Source of the DNA: Defluviicoccus sp.
GTDB taxonomy: Bacteria; Pseudomonadota; Alphaproteobacteria; MPNO01
Assembly: GCA_028821395.1 (NCBI GenBank)
Contig: JAPPGP010000141.1
Span: 17,491-81,490 of the forward strand
Reading direction: 5' to 3'
DNA: 64,000 nucleotides
This document shows positions 17,605 to 27,965 of this stretch, piece after piece; within the stretch, counting starts at the first letter, position 1, and each line of letters begins with the position of its first letter. Made by a program: the position numbers and the translations under genes. The notes under the pieces were generated by a model that did no database searches, was not told where the DNA came from, and saw only the letters and a program-made list of their open reading frames with translations.

Positions 17605-18459
17605 CTAGGAAGAGCCGCGCCGCAGGAGAGCGATGTAGATCAACGCGGTGGCGAACATGATCAGGCTGTAGGTCGCCGCCGGCACAGTCGCCAGCCCGCC
17701 GCCGAACAGCAGCACCGCGACGGCGATGGCGAGCGTCCCGTTCTGCAGCCCGCATTCGATGGCGATCGCGACGCGCTGGGTGGGGCCGGTGGCGAACATC
17801 CGCGCGAGCCCCCAGGCGATGGCCATCATCGCGAGGTTGAGCACCAGGGTGACCAGACCGGCCTCCGCGAAATAGGGAACGATGTTGGCCCGTTCCTGGA
17901 TTATCGCGCCGGCCAGCACCAGCACGAACAGCACCGCCGATACTTTCCGCGCCGACGGCTCCACGCGAAGCGCGAAGCCCTCGGCGAAGCGGCGGATCAT
18001 GAGGCCGATCAGCACCGGCACGGCGACGATCAGGAACACGCCGATGGCGGTCCCGGCGACCGAGATGTCCTTGGCCGCCTGCTCCCCAAGGAACCGCGCG
18101 TAGGAGAAGACCACGATGACCGGGATGGTGATCACGCTCAGCAGGCTGATCACCGCGGTCAGCGAGATCGAGAGCGCGACGTCGCCGCGGGCGAACGCGG
18201 TCAGGATGTTCGACGTCACCCCGCCCGGCGCGGCGGCGATAATCATCAGCCCGAGCGCGAGCTCCGGCGCCATCGGCCAGATGCTGGCCAGCGCGAAGGC
18301 GACCGCTGGGAGCACGACGATCTGGCACACCGCGCCGAGCGCGAAGTCTCGCGGACGGCGCACCACCCGGGCGAAGTCGTCGAAGGTGAGCCCGAGCCCG
18401 AGCGCCAGCATGATGAAGGCGAGCGCCAGCGGCAGCACGACATCGACCATGAAACCCAT
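17605..18459 (-). CDS. bile acid:sodium symporter (BASS) family transporter
   Basis: 284-aa polytopic protein. LALGLGLTFDDF..., LGLMIIAAAPGGVTSN and ECGLQNG motifs are typical of BASS/SBF transporters. Confidence 0.85.
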   Translation of the reverse strand: MGFMVDVVLPLALAFIMLALGLGLTFDDFARVVRRPRDFALGAVCQIVVLPAVAFALASIWPMAPELALGLMIIAAAPGGVTSNILTAFARGDVALSISLTAVISLLSVITIPVIVVFSYARFLGEQAAKDISVAGTAIGVFLIVAVPVLIGLMIRRFAEGFALRVEPSARKVSAVLFVLVLAGAIIQERANIVPYFAEAGLVTLVLNLAMMAIAWGLARMFATGPTQRVAIAIECGLQNGTLAIAVAVLLFGGGLATVPAATYSLIMFATALIYIALLRRGSS

Positions 18460-18550
18460 GACATCCCTCCGGATCCGGCCGGCCTAGGCAAACCGACCGG
18501 CAGGGCTATAGTGCATTGTGAAACGGCGCGGACGGTGGGGGAACCAGAGA

Positions 18551-19414
18551 ATGACCCAGACGATGCAGGCCGACCCGGTTGGCGCCGACGTGGTGGCGCC
18601 GCTCACCTTCATCGTGCCGCAGGACGCCAAGCCGGTCTTCCACTCGGCGGCGCTGACCGGCGGCGTGCAGAAGCTGTTCTTCGAGACCGAGGCGGTCGCC
18701 GTCCCCATCGCCGACATGCGCCCGCTCGCCGGCGAATTGTCGGTCGACCGCGAGGGGTTCGAGCTGCATCGCCACGCGACGGCGGTCGCCGATCTCTACG
18801 ACGACAGGGCGATCGAGACCCGCTACTACATGGAGATCGAGGCGTTGCTCAACGAGCGCTTCGACACCGACCGGACCGTGGTGTTCGACGCCACGAGGCG
18901 GTCGGACAGCGAGACCGGCGCCGCCAACCCGGACGGGCTGCGCGGCCCCGCCATCCGCGTCCATGTCGACTACACGGTGAAGAGCGGCCCGCAGCGCGTC
19001 GCCGACATACTGGGCGAGGACGAAGCGAAGCGGCTCGCCGACAGCGGGGCGCATGTCGTCCAGGTCAATGTGTGGCGGCCGATATCGGGGCCGGTGCGGC
19101 GCTCGCCGCTGGCGGTCGCCGACGCGTCCTCCGTCGCGCCCGCGCAGCTCCTCGCCACCGACCAGGTCTTCCCCGACCGGGTCGGCGAGATCTACCAGCT
19201 CGCCCACGCGCCGGGGCAGCGCTGGTACTACGCGCCGGAGATGACGCCCGACGAGGTCCTGCTGATCAAGGGCTGGGACAGCATCGACGACGGCCGCGCG
19301 CGCTTCACACCGCACGGCGCGTTCTCCTACGCCGAGACGCCGCCCGACGCGCCGCCGCGCGAGAGCATCGAGGTGCGCGCGCTGGTGGTGATCGAGAGCG
19401 CAAGAGCCGCGTAG
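18551..19414 (+). CDS. CmcJ/NvfI-family oxidoreductase-like protein
   Basis: Preferred ATG is at 18551 (the ORF opens at 18518). Motifs RVHVDYT, VNVWRPISGPV..SPLAVAD, GEIYQLAHAPGQRWYY and PRESIEVRALV match my recollection of the CmcJ/NvfI family. Confidence 0.6.
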   Translation: MTQTMQADPVGADVVAPLTFIVPQDAKPVFHSAALTGGVQKLFFETEAVAVPIADMRPLAGELSVDREGFELHRHATAVADLYDDRAIETRYYMEIEALLNERFDTDRTVVFDATRRSDSETGAANPDGLRGPAIRVHVDYTVKSGPQRVADILGEDEAKRLADSGAHVVQVNVWRPISGPVRRSPLAVADASSVAPAQLLATDQVFPDRVGEIYQLAHAPGQRWYYAPEMTPDEVLLIKGWDSIDDGRARFTPHGAFSYAETPPDAPPRESIEVRALVVIESARAA

Positions 19415-19422
19415 GGGTCCGG

Positions 19423-19497
19423 TGGTGGGCGCGGCTGGGATTGAACCAGCGACCTCTCGCGTGTGAGGCGAGCGCTCTCCCGCTGAGCTACGCGCCC
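19423..19497 (-). tRNA. tRNA-Val (anticodon CAC)
   Basis: The reverse complement GGGCGCGTAGCTCAGCGGGAGAGCGCTCGCCTCACACGCGAGAGGTCGCTGGTTCAATCCCAGCCGCGCCCACCA folds as a cloverleaf: 7-bp acceptor, D arm GCTC/GAGC, anticodon stem CTCGC/GCGAG with loop CTCACAC, T arm GCTGG/CCAGC, encoded CCA. Confidence 0.95.
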
Positions 19498-19629
19498 CGG
19501 GGACGGGCGGGTATAGGGCCGGCCGCTCCGCGGTGTCAAGAAACTGCGCGACTCCGGGGGTTGCGCGCCGGTCGTTCGCGGTCCAGTTTCCGCTCTGGAA
19601 GAGCAAGTGGCGCGAGTGCAGACCGATCC

Positions 19630-20469
19630 ATGAATCTACTCAGGCGTGTGACACAGGCGTTGCTGCTGGCGGCTGCCGTCGCGGCGCCGGCAACCGCGAA
19701 AGAGTGTCCCGACCCGTCGGCCGGCAGGACGGTTCACCTGGTCTATGCGGTCTATCTCGGCGGGATCCACGCGGTCGACCTCAATATCGACCTCGCGCTC
19801 GGCTGCGACGGCTACCGGCTCGACCTGTCGAGCAAGGTGGAAGGCCTGATGCGCTATATCCTGCCCTGGTCCCTCCGCGTCCGCTCCGAGGGTCGGGTGC
19901 GGGAGGCGGGGCTGGTACCGGAGCGGGCGCACACGGAGAGCAGCTGGCGCGGCAAGCGGCGCTGGACCACGCTCGAATTCCCGGATGGCCGTCCGGTGAT
20001 CGTGAGCGCCCAGCCCAGCCGCAAACCCCCCGACGTGCCGCCGGAAGAGATGCAGGGCGCCATCGACATCGCGTCCGGCGTGCTCAGCGCCGCGCGCGCG
20101 GTAACCCGGCCCGGGTCCTGCGCGGTTAGGCTGCCGGTATTCGACGGCCGCAGGCGCTTCGACGCCGTCTTCGAGGCGCTCGGCGAGGGCGAGCTGCCGC
20201 GCTCCAGGCTCTCCGCCTATTCCGGCAAGGCGACGGTCTGCGACCTCAGCATCGAGAACCTGCTTGGCCGCCGGAAGCAGACCGATTATGGCGGGCTGGC
20301 GAGCGGCGAGAGGACCATGACCTTCTGGTTCGCGCCGCTGTTCGACGGCATCCACCCGCTGCCGGTGCGGATCCAGCAGGACACCGATCTCGGCGGGGCG
20401 ATCGGGCATCTGACCAGCGCCAGAATCGACGGCGACGGCGAGCAGCCGGCCTACGCCCTGCCGCCTTGA
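19630..20469 (+). CDS. secreted DUF3108-like protein
   Basis: 279 aa from the in-frame ATG at 19630. Signal peptide MNLLRRVTQALLLAAAVAAPATA. Located directly upstream of glmU-glmS. The family assignment is from memory of this conserved neighbourhood. Confidence 0.55.
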   Translation: MNLLRRVTQALLLAAAVAAPATAKECPDPSAGRTVHLVYAVYLGGIHAVDLNIDLALGCDGYRLDLSSKVEGLMRYILPWSLRVRSEGRVREAGLVPERAHTESSWRGKRRWTTLEFPDGRPVIVSAQPSRKPPDVPPEEMQGAIDIASGVLSAARAVTRPGSCAVRLPVFDGRRRFDAVFEALGEGELPRSRLSAYSGKATVCDLSIENLLGRRKQTDYGGLASGERTMTFWFAPLFDGIHPLPVRIQQDTDLGGAIGHLTSARIDGDGEQPAYALPP

Positions 20470-20574
20470 TCGCGCCGTCGCCCGGGCGGGGCTCGCGGCA
20501 AAGCCCGTGGCGTCCGCCCCGGCTTTATGGCAGTTTTCCGCGCCAGTCGATCAACCTCTGCCGGTGCTCGCCAC

Positions 20575-21933
20575 ATGAGTGACAGTCGAGCCGCTGCCCT
20601 GGTGCTGGCCGCCGGCAAGGGCACGCGCATGAAGTCGGCCCTGCCCAAGACGCTGCACGAGATCGCCGGCCGGTCGATGATCGGGCACGTGCTCGACCGG
20701 CTGGCCGAGACCGGCATCGACCGCGTCGCCGTGGTCATCGGCGCCGGCGCCGGGGCGGTGGCAAGGGCGGTGGCGCCGGTCCCGACGGTGGTCCAGGACC
20801 CGCCGCTCGGCACCGCCCACGCGGTGCTGGCGGCGCGGGATTTCCTCGCCGATTTCGACGGCGACGTGCTGATCCTGTTCGGCGACACGCCGCTGCTGAG
20901 GGCCGACACGATTCGCCACATGCTCGAGACTCGCCGCTCGCCGGCCGACCCGGCCGTGGTCGTGCTCGGCTTCCGGCCGGACGACACGGCAGAGTACGGG
21001 CGGCTGGTCACCGACCGGGACGGCCGGCTGCTCGCCATCGTCGAACACCGCGACGCGGACGCGGAGACCCGCCGGATCGGCTTCTGCAACGCCGGCATCA
21101 TGGCGGCCGACGGGCGTCACCTCTTGTCGCTGCTCGACGAGGTGGGCAACGACAATGCCAAGGGCGAGTATTCGATCACCGACATCGTCGCCATCGCCCG
21201 GTCGCGCGGGCTCGCCTGCGCGGTCACCGAGGCCGCGGATGCGGACGAGGTGATGGGCGTCAACGCGCGGTCCGAGCTCGCCGTCGCCGAGCGCGTGCTC
21301 CAGCACAGGCTGCGCGCGCGGGCGATGGCCGACGGCGCGACGCTGACCGATCCCGACAGCGTCTGGTTCTGCCACGACACCAGGCTCGGCCGCGACGTGA
21401 CGATCGGCCCGCAGGTGGTCTTCGGACCCGGGGTTGCGGTCGGCGACGGCGTGACGATCGAGGCGTTCTGCCATATCGAGGGGGCCGAGATCGCCGAGGG
21501 CGCGGCGGTCGGCCCGTTCGCGCGGCTGCGCCCCGGCGCCCGCATCGGGGGCCGGGCGCGGGTCGGCAATTTCGTCGAGATCAAGGCCTCTTCGCTCGGC
21601 GCCGGCGCCAAGGTGAACCATCTGAGCTATGTCGGCGACAGCCGGGTCGGAGCCGAGGCCAATATCGGCGCCGGCACGATTACCTGCAACTATGACGGGT
21701 TCGACAAGGCGGAGACCGAGATCGGGGCGGGTGCCTTCATCGGCTCCAACGCGGCCCTGGTCGCCCCGGTCACCATCGGCGAGGGCGCCATCGTCGGCGC
21801 CGGCAGCGTGATCGCCAAGGACGTGCCGCCGGGCGCGCTCGCCGTCGAGCGCGGCGCGCAAACCGTCAAGGCGGGCTGGGCCGAGGACTTCCGGGTTCGC
21901 CGCCGGGCTTCCAGCCCGCGCTCGGGATCGTAG
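20575..21933 (+). CDS. glmU: bifunctional UDP-N-acetylglucosamine diphosphorylase / glucosamine-1-phosphate N-acetyltransferase
   Basis: LVLAAGKGTRMKSALPKTLH N-terminal motif and a C-terminal left-handed beta-helix with hexapeptide repeats. Followed by glmS. Preferred ATG at 20575. Confidence 0.95.
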   Translation: MSDSRAAALVLAAGKGTRMKSALPKTLHEIAGRSMIGHVLDRLAETGIDRVAVVIGAGAGAVARAVAPVPTVVQDPPLGTAHAVLAARDFLADFDGDVLILFGDTPLLRADTIRHMLETRRSPADPAVVVLGFRPDDTAEYGRLVTDRDGRLLAIVEHRDADAETRRIGFCNAGIMAADGRHLLSLLDEVGNDNAKGEYSITDIVAIARSRGLACAVTEAADADEVMGVNARSELAVAERVLQHRLRARAMADGATLTDPDSVWFCHDTRLGRDVTIGPQVVFGPGVAVGDGVTIEAFCHIEGAEIAEGAAVGPFARLRPGARIGGRARVGNFVEIKASSLGAGAKVNHLSYVGDSRVGAEANIGAGTITCNYDGFDKAETEIGAGAFIGSNAALVAPVTIGEGAIVGAGSVIAKDVPPGALAVERGAQTVKAGWAEDFRVRRRASSPRSGS

Positions 21934-21942
21934 GGCCGCCTT

Positions 21943-23766
<1,824 letters not shown>

Positions 23767-23772
23767 CGCCGC

Positions 23773-24525
23773 TCAGATCGCCCGCTCCACCGGGACGCCG
23801 CGCACGTCCATCTCGTATTCCAGCCCCTCGACCGGCGGCCGCGCGTAGTGCCAGGTCAGCCCGGCCGGCGCCGCGCCGCGCGCGACGATCTCATCGGCGA
23901 GGAACGGGTGCGGGTCGTGCACGGTGTAGAGCTGGGTCGCCGTCGAATCGCCCCACCCCGCGCCGAGCGCCCGCATCCGCGTCTCCAGCTCGGCGAGGAC
24001 GAAGCGCGCCTTCTCGCGCATCGCGTCCGGCGATGTCTCGCCGCGGCGCACGATATGGTCGCGGTAGTTGGCCTTGCCCTCGGGCACGTCCGCCCCGCCG
24101 GCCGCGACGAACCCGCCCGAGACCCCGCCCGCCGCCTCGACGGTGTAGGCGAAGGCGTGGAACACGGGCTCGGGCGGCGGGTCGATCGCCGGGCACACGT
24201 TGGAGCGCGCGACCGGGTTGTCGCCATCCCGGAAGATGTCCCAGCGCTCCAGCGTCCCGACATAGACCCGGTTGAAGGCAGCGAAACCATCCTCGGTAAA
24301 GGGCGCGGGCGATCTCAGCTCGCAGGCGCAGAACGCGGTCGGCGGCCGGCCCAGCGTGGCGAGATGGGCCTCGATCGCCGCGAAGCCCTCCTCCAGCGGG
24401 AGCGGGCGCCGGAAGCGCGCGCGCTCGATGGCGAACCCGGACTCGGCCGCGACCCCGCCCGAATACTGGAACACGCCCGGCATGTAGCGATAGCCGCCCG
24501 CCTCGAAGATCAGTGTCTCCGTCAT
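23773..24525 (-). CDS. conserved hypothetical protein (possibly a CnbZ-like deaminase family member; weak recollection)
   Basis: 250 aa from an in-frame ATG (MTETLIFEAGGYRYMPGVFQYSGGV...). Non-biased composition. 4-nt overlap with the upstream DMT gene. Confidence 0.5.
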   Translation of the reverse strand: MTETLIFEAGGYRYMPGVFQYSGGVAAESGFAIERARFRRPLPLEEGFAAIEAHLATLGRPPTAFCACELRSPAPFTEDGFAAFNRVYVGTLERWDIFRDGDNPVARSNVCPAIDPPPEPVFHAFAYTVEAAGGVSGGFVAAGGADVPEGKANYRDHIVRRGETSPDAMREKARFVLAELETRMRALGAGWGDSTATQLYTVHDPHPFLADEIVARGAAPAGLTWHYARPPVEGLEYEMDVRGVPVERAI

Positions 24526-25496
24526 CCGCCTCTCTCCCCTCTCGCCTCGGCCCGGGCGATATAGTAGGTGCTGCCGACGATGATGGCAGCCCCGAGCACC
24601 GTCCACGCCGAGGGGATCTCGGCGAACAGCAGGAAGCCCAGGGCCGCGGCATAGATCAGGCGCAGGTTCTCGGCCGGGCCGACCGCGTTGGCCTCGCCGA
24701 TGGAGAACGCCCGGAAGTAGCAGAACATGCCCCCGGTGGTCAGCACGCCGATGGCGAGCAGCAGCAGCCATTCGATCCCCACCGGGGCATGCCCGGCCCA
24801 GAGCGTCGGGCCGGCGAACACCGCCACCCCGCCGATGTGGTAGTAGAACAGCATCCGGGCGGTCGGCTCGGTCGCGGCCAGGATGCGGATCAGCACATTG
24901 GCGATGGCAAACAGCAGCGCGGTGCCGACGGCGATCAGCGCCACCGGGTCGATGCCCGCCGCGCCCGGGCGCATCATCACCAGCACGCCGAGGAAGCCCA
25001 CGGCCGTCGCGACCCAGCGCCGGGCCCTCACCAGCTCCGACAGCACGATCACCGCCACCAGGGTGGTGAACAGCGGCTTGGAGAACATGAACGCCGTCGC
25101 GTCGGCGAGCGGCAAGTGGATGATGGTGTAGAACACGCCGAGCTGGGCGAGAAAGGCGAGCCCCATGCGCAGCCCGTGCATTCCGATGCGCGCGGTCCTG
25201 AGCCCGCTCCACCCCAGCCGGAAGAAGAGCGGGGTGAGCACGACCATTCCCGTCATGTAGCGATAGAAGGACAGCTCGTGCGGCGCGAACTTGGCGCCCA
25301 GCGCCTTGACCAGGACGTCCGAGCTGGTCAGCAGGAAGGCGCCGCCCGCGAGCAGCAGGATGCCGCGAAAATTGGCCGGCAGGGCGAGCCACAGGTCGCC
25401 GAGCCGCGCCACGGCGCCCGGGGCCGCCGCAGTCTTGCTAGCTTCGCGCGGCCGATCCAACGACGCCTCTCGATGCGACACAAGCGGCGCCATCAT
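24522..25496 (-). CDS. DMT superfamily (EamA-like) transporter
   Basis: The C-terminal 324 codons of the 1087-aa track ORF form ten hydrophobic segments in two EamA-like repeats. The upstream part of that ORF is a shadow of the plus-strand gene at 25578. Confidence 0.85.
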   Translation of the reverse strand: MMAPLVSHREASLDRPREASKTAAAPGAVARLGDLWLALPANFRGILLLAGGAFLLTSSDVLVKALGAKFAPHELSFYRYMTGMVVLTPLFFRLGWSGLRTARIGMHGLRMGLAFLAQLGVFYTIIHLPLADATAFMFSKPLFTTLVAVIVLSELVRARRWVATAVGFLGVLVMMRPGAAGIDPVALIAVGTALLFAIANVLIRILAATEPTARMLFYYHIGGVAVFAGPTLWAGHAPVGIEWLLLLAIGVLTTGGMFCYFRAFSIGEANAVGPAENLRLIYAAALGFLLFAEIPSAWTVLGAAIIVGSTYYIARAEARGERGG

Positions 25497-25577
25497 GGCG
25501 GGGCGCGGGCCCGGCGCCAATAGCGGGCCCACGGTTGAGGCGCCGCGCGATCCGTGGCTTGATGGGCCCGATCGAAG

Positions 25578-27965
25578 ATGAGGGGTGCGGCGGAGAGGCG
25601 TTTGACGGAGCCGGTTCTCGAAGGCGGCGCGATCGGCAGTTCCGCGCCTCGCATCGCCGCCCGGCGGCTCGCGCACGGGCGCGGCCGCTATACCGACGAC
25701 ATCGTGCTGCCCCGGATGCTGCACGCGGCCTTCGTGCGCAGCCCGCACGCGCATGCGCGGATCGTCCGCGTCGACGGCGCGGAGGCGGCCCGCCGGCCTG
25801 GCGTGTTCCGCGTGGTGACGGGCGCCGACCTTGCCGACATCTGCCGGCCCATGCTGGCGATCGCGGCCCATCGGCCGGGCCACAAATCCGCGCCCCAGCC
25901 GGCGATGGCGCAGGATGTCGCCTACTGGCAGGGCCAGCCCGTGGCCGCGCTGGTGGCCGAGAGCCGCGCGGCGGCCGAGGACGCGGCCGAGCTGGTGGAA
26001 GTCGAGTACGAGCCGCTCGATCCCGTTGCCGACCCGGCGGAGGCGCTCGCTCCCGGGAGTCCGGCGATCCATCCTTCGCTCGGCGACAACCTGGCGTTTG
26101 CGCACAGGATCGAGGTCGGCGATGTCGACGCCGCCTTCGACTCGGCCGCCACGGTGGTGGAGCACGATTTCGACTTCGGCCGCCACACCGCGGTCACGCT
26201 GGAGCCCCGGGTGACCATCGCCGATTACCGGCCCGCCGACGGCACGCTGGTGGTCCACCAGTCGCACCAGTCGCCTTATCAGATGCAGGAGGTCTATGCC
26301 GCCCTGCTCGGCATCGACGATCACCGCGTGCGGGTGATCTGCCCCGACGTGGGGGGCGGGTTCGGGCTCAAGATCAACGTTCACGACGACGAGATCGCGA
26401 CGGCGGCGATCGCGAGGCTCCTGGGCCGGCCGGTCAAGTTCTGCGCCGACCGCCTGGAAGCCTTCGGTGCCGACGCGCATAGCCGCGATCACACGGTGCG
26501 CGGGCGCATCGCGGTGTCGGAGGGCGGCGAGATCCTCGCCATGGAGGTCGACGACCTGTCCGCGATCGGGGCGTATACCGCCTTCATCCGCTTCGGCATC
26601 GCCGAGGGCATGATGACGATCACCAATGCCGGCGCGCCCTATTGCGTGCCGGCCTATCGCGGCGCGATGCGGGCGGCCTATGTCAACAAGCCGATCGTCG
26701 GCATGTATCGCGGCGTCGGCGTGCCGATCGCCTGCGCGGTGACCGAGCAGCTCTGCGACCTGGCCGCGCACGCAATCGGCATGGACCCGGTCGCATTCCG
26801 CCGGATCAACTACCTCGATCCCGATACCCTGCCGGGCGCTTCCGTGGGCGGCATCCAGCTCCCGCGTATCGAATTCTCGCGCGCGCTCGACCGGCTGGTC
26901 GAGACCATGGGTTATGACGCGCTCCGCGCCGAGCAGGCCGCGCTGCGCGAGCGCGGCATACATCGCGGCATCGGAGTCGCCACCTTCATTGAGCCCACCG
27001 CCTACGGCCCCGGCTATTACGGCCCGTCCGAGGCGCCGGTCTCGACCCAGGAGGGAACCACCGTCAAGCTCGAGCCGTCGGGCAGGATCCGCTGCATCAC
27101 CAGCGTCACCGACCAGGGTCAGGGCACGCTCACCGCGATCGCCCAGATCGTCGCCGACCAGCTCGGCCTCGGCATCGACGAGATCGACGTGATCGCCGGC
27201 GACAGCGCGGTCACCCCGTTCGGCGGCGGCGCCTGGGCATCGCGCGGGCTGGCGATGGGCGGCGAGGCATCGCTTGAGGCGGCGCTCGCTCTCAAGGAGA
27301 ACGTGCTCGCGATCGCCGGGCCCATGCTGCAGGCCGATCCGGCGAGCCTCGACCTGAAGCGCGGCACGGTGGTCGACCGGGACGGCGGCACGCCCCGGCT
27401 CTCGCTCGGCGAAGTCGCCCGCATCGGCCACTTCCGCCAGGACACCCTGCCCGCCGATCTCCAGCCGGAGCTCGCCGTCACCCGCCACCACGTGCCCAAC
27501 CGGGCGCATTACTACGTCGCCTACGGCGTCCTCGGCTGCCATCTCGAGCTCGACCCGGAGACCGGCTCGATAGAGCTGCTCGGGGTCTGGGTGGCCGATG
27601 AGTGTGGCCGCATCGTCAACCCGCTCCTGGTCGACGAGCAGCTGCGGGGCGGGGTCGTCCAGGGGCTCGGCGCGGCGTTCTTCGAGGAATGCGTCTATGA
27701 CGGCAGCGGGCAGCTTCTCAACGGCACGCTCGCCGACTACCTGGTGCCAATGGCGACCGACATACCCGACATCGCGACCGCCCATATCGACGGGCTGGAA
27801 AAGACCACCAGGCTCGGTGCCAAGGGGGTGGGCGAGGGGGGGACCATCGGCGCCACTGCCGCCGCCTGGCTCGCGGTCAACGATGCGCTGGCGCCCTTCG
27901 GGAAAACGGTCTCGGCGCAGCCCTTCACCCCGGAACGCATCCTCGCGGCGATCGAGGGAAGGTGA
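25578..27965 (+). CDS. xanthine dehydrogenase family molybdopterin-binding large subunit (paralog A of a tandem pair)
   Basis: 795 aa. RRLAHGRGRYTDDIVLPRMLHAAFVRSPHAHARI, GMYRGVGVP loop, C-terminal RLGAKGVGEGGTIG. Confidence 0.9.
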   Translation: MRGAAERRLTEPVLEGGAIGSSAPRIAARRLAHGRGRYTDDIVLPRMLHAAFVRSPHAHARIVRVDGAEAARRPGVFRVVTGADLADICRPMLAIAAHRPGHKSAPQPAMAQDVAYWQGQPVAALVAESRAAAEDAAELVEVEYEPLDPVADPAEALAPGSPAIHPSLGDNLAFAHRIEVGDVDAAFDSAATVVEHDFDFGRHTAVTLEPRVTIADYRPADGTLVVHQSHQSPYQMQEVYAALLGIDDHRVRVICPDVGGGFGLKINVHDDEIATAAIARLLGRPVKFCADRLEAFGADAHSRDHTVRGRIAVSEGGEILAMEVDDLSAIGAYTAFIRFGIAEGMMTITNAGAPYCVPAYRGAMRAAYVNKPIVGMYRGVGVPIACAVTEQLCDLAAHAIGMDPVAFRRINYLDPDTLPGASVGGIQLPRIEFSRALDRLVETMGYDALRAEQAALRERGIHRGIGVATFIEPTAYGPGYYGPSEAPVSTQEGTTVKLEPSGRIRCITSVTDQGQGTLTAIAQIVADQLGLGIDEIDVIAGDSAVTPFGGGAWASRGLAMGGEASLEAALALKENVLAIAGPMLQADPASLDLKRGTVVDRDGGTPRLSLGEVARIGHFRQDTLPADLQPELAVTRHHVPNRAHYYVAYGVLGCHLELDPETGSIELLGVWVADECGRIVNPLLVDEQLRGGVVQGLGAAFFEECVYDGSGQLLNGTLADYLVPMATDIPDIATAHIDGLEKTTRLGAKGVGEGGTIGATAAAWLAVNDALAPFGKTVSAQPFTPERILAAIEGR

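Noticed and set aside
24522-27785. 1087-aa minus-strand ORF as a single giant protein.
   Set aside because: Only the C-terminal 324 codons (24522-25496) look like a real DMT transporter. The upstream two thirds are antisense to the well-supported molybdopterin subunit gene at 25578-27965 and are compositionally biased.
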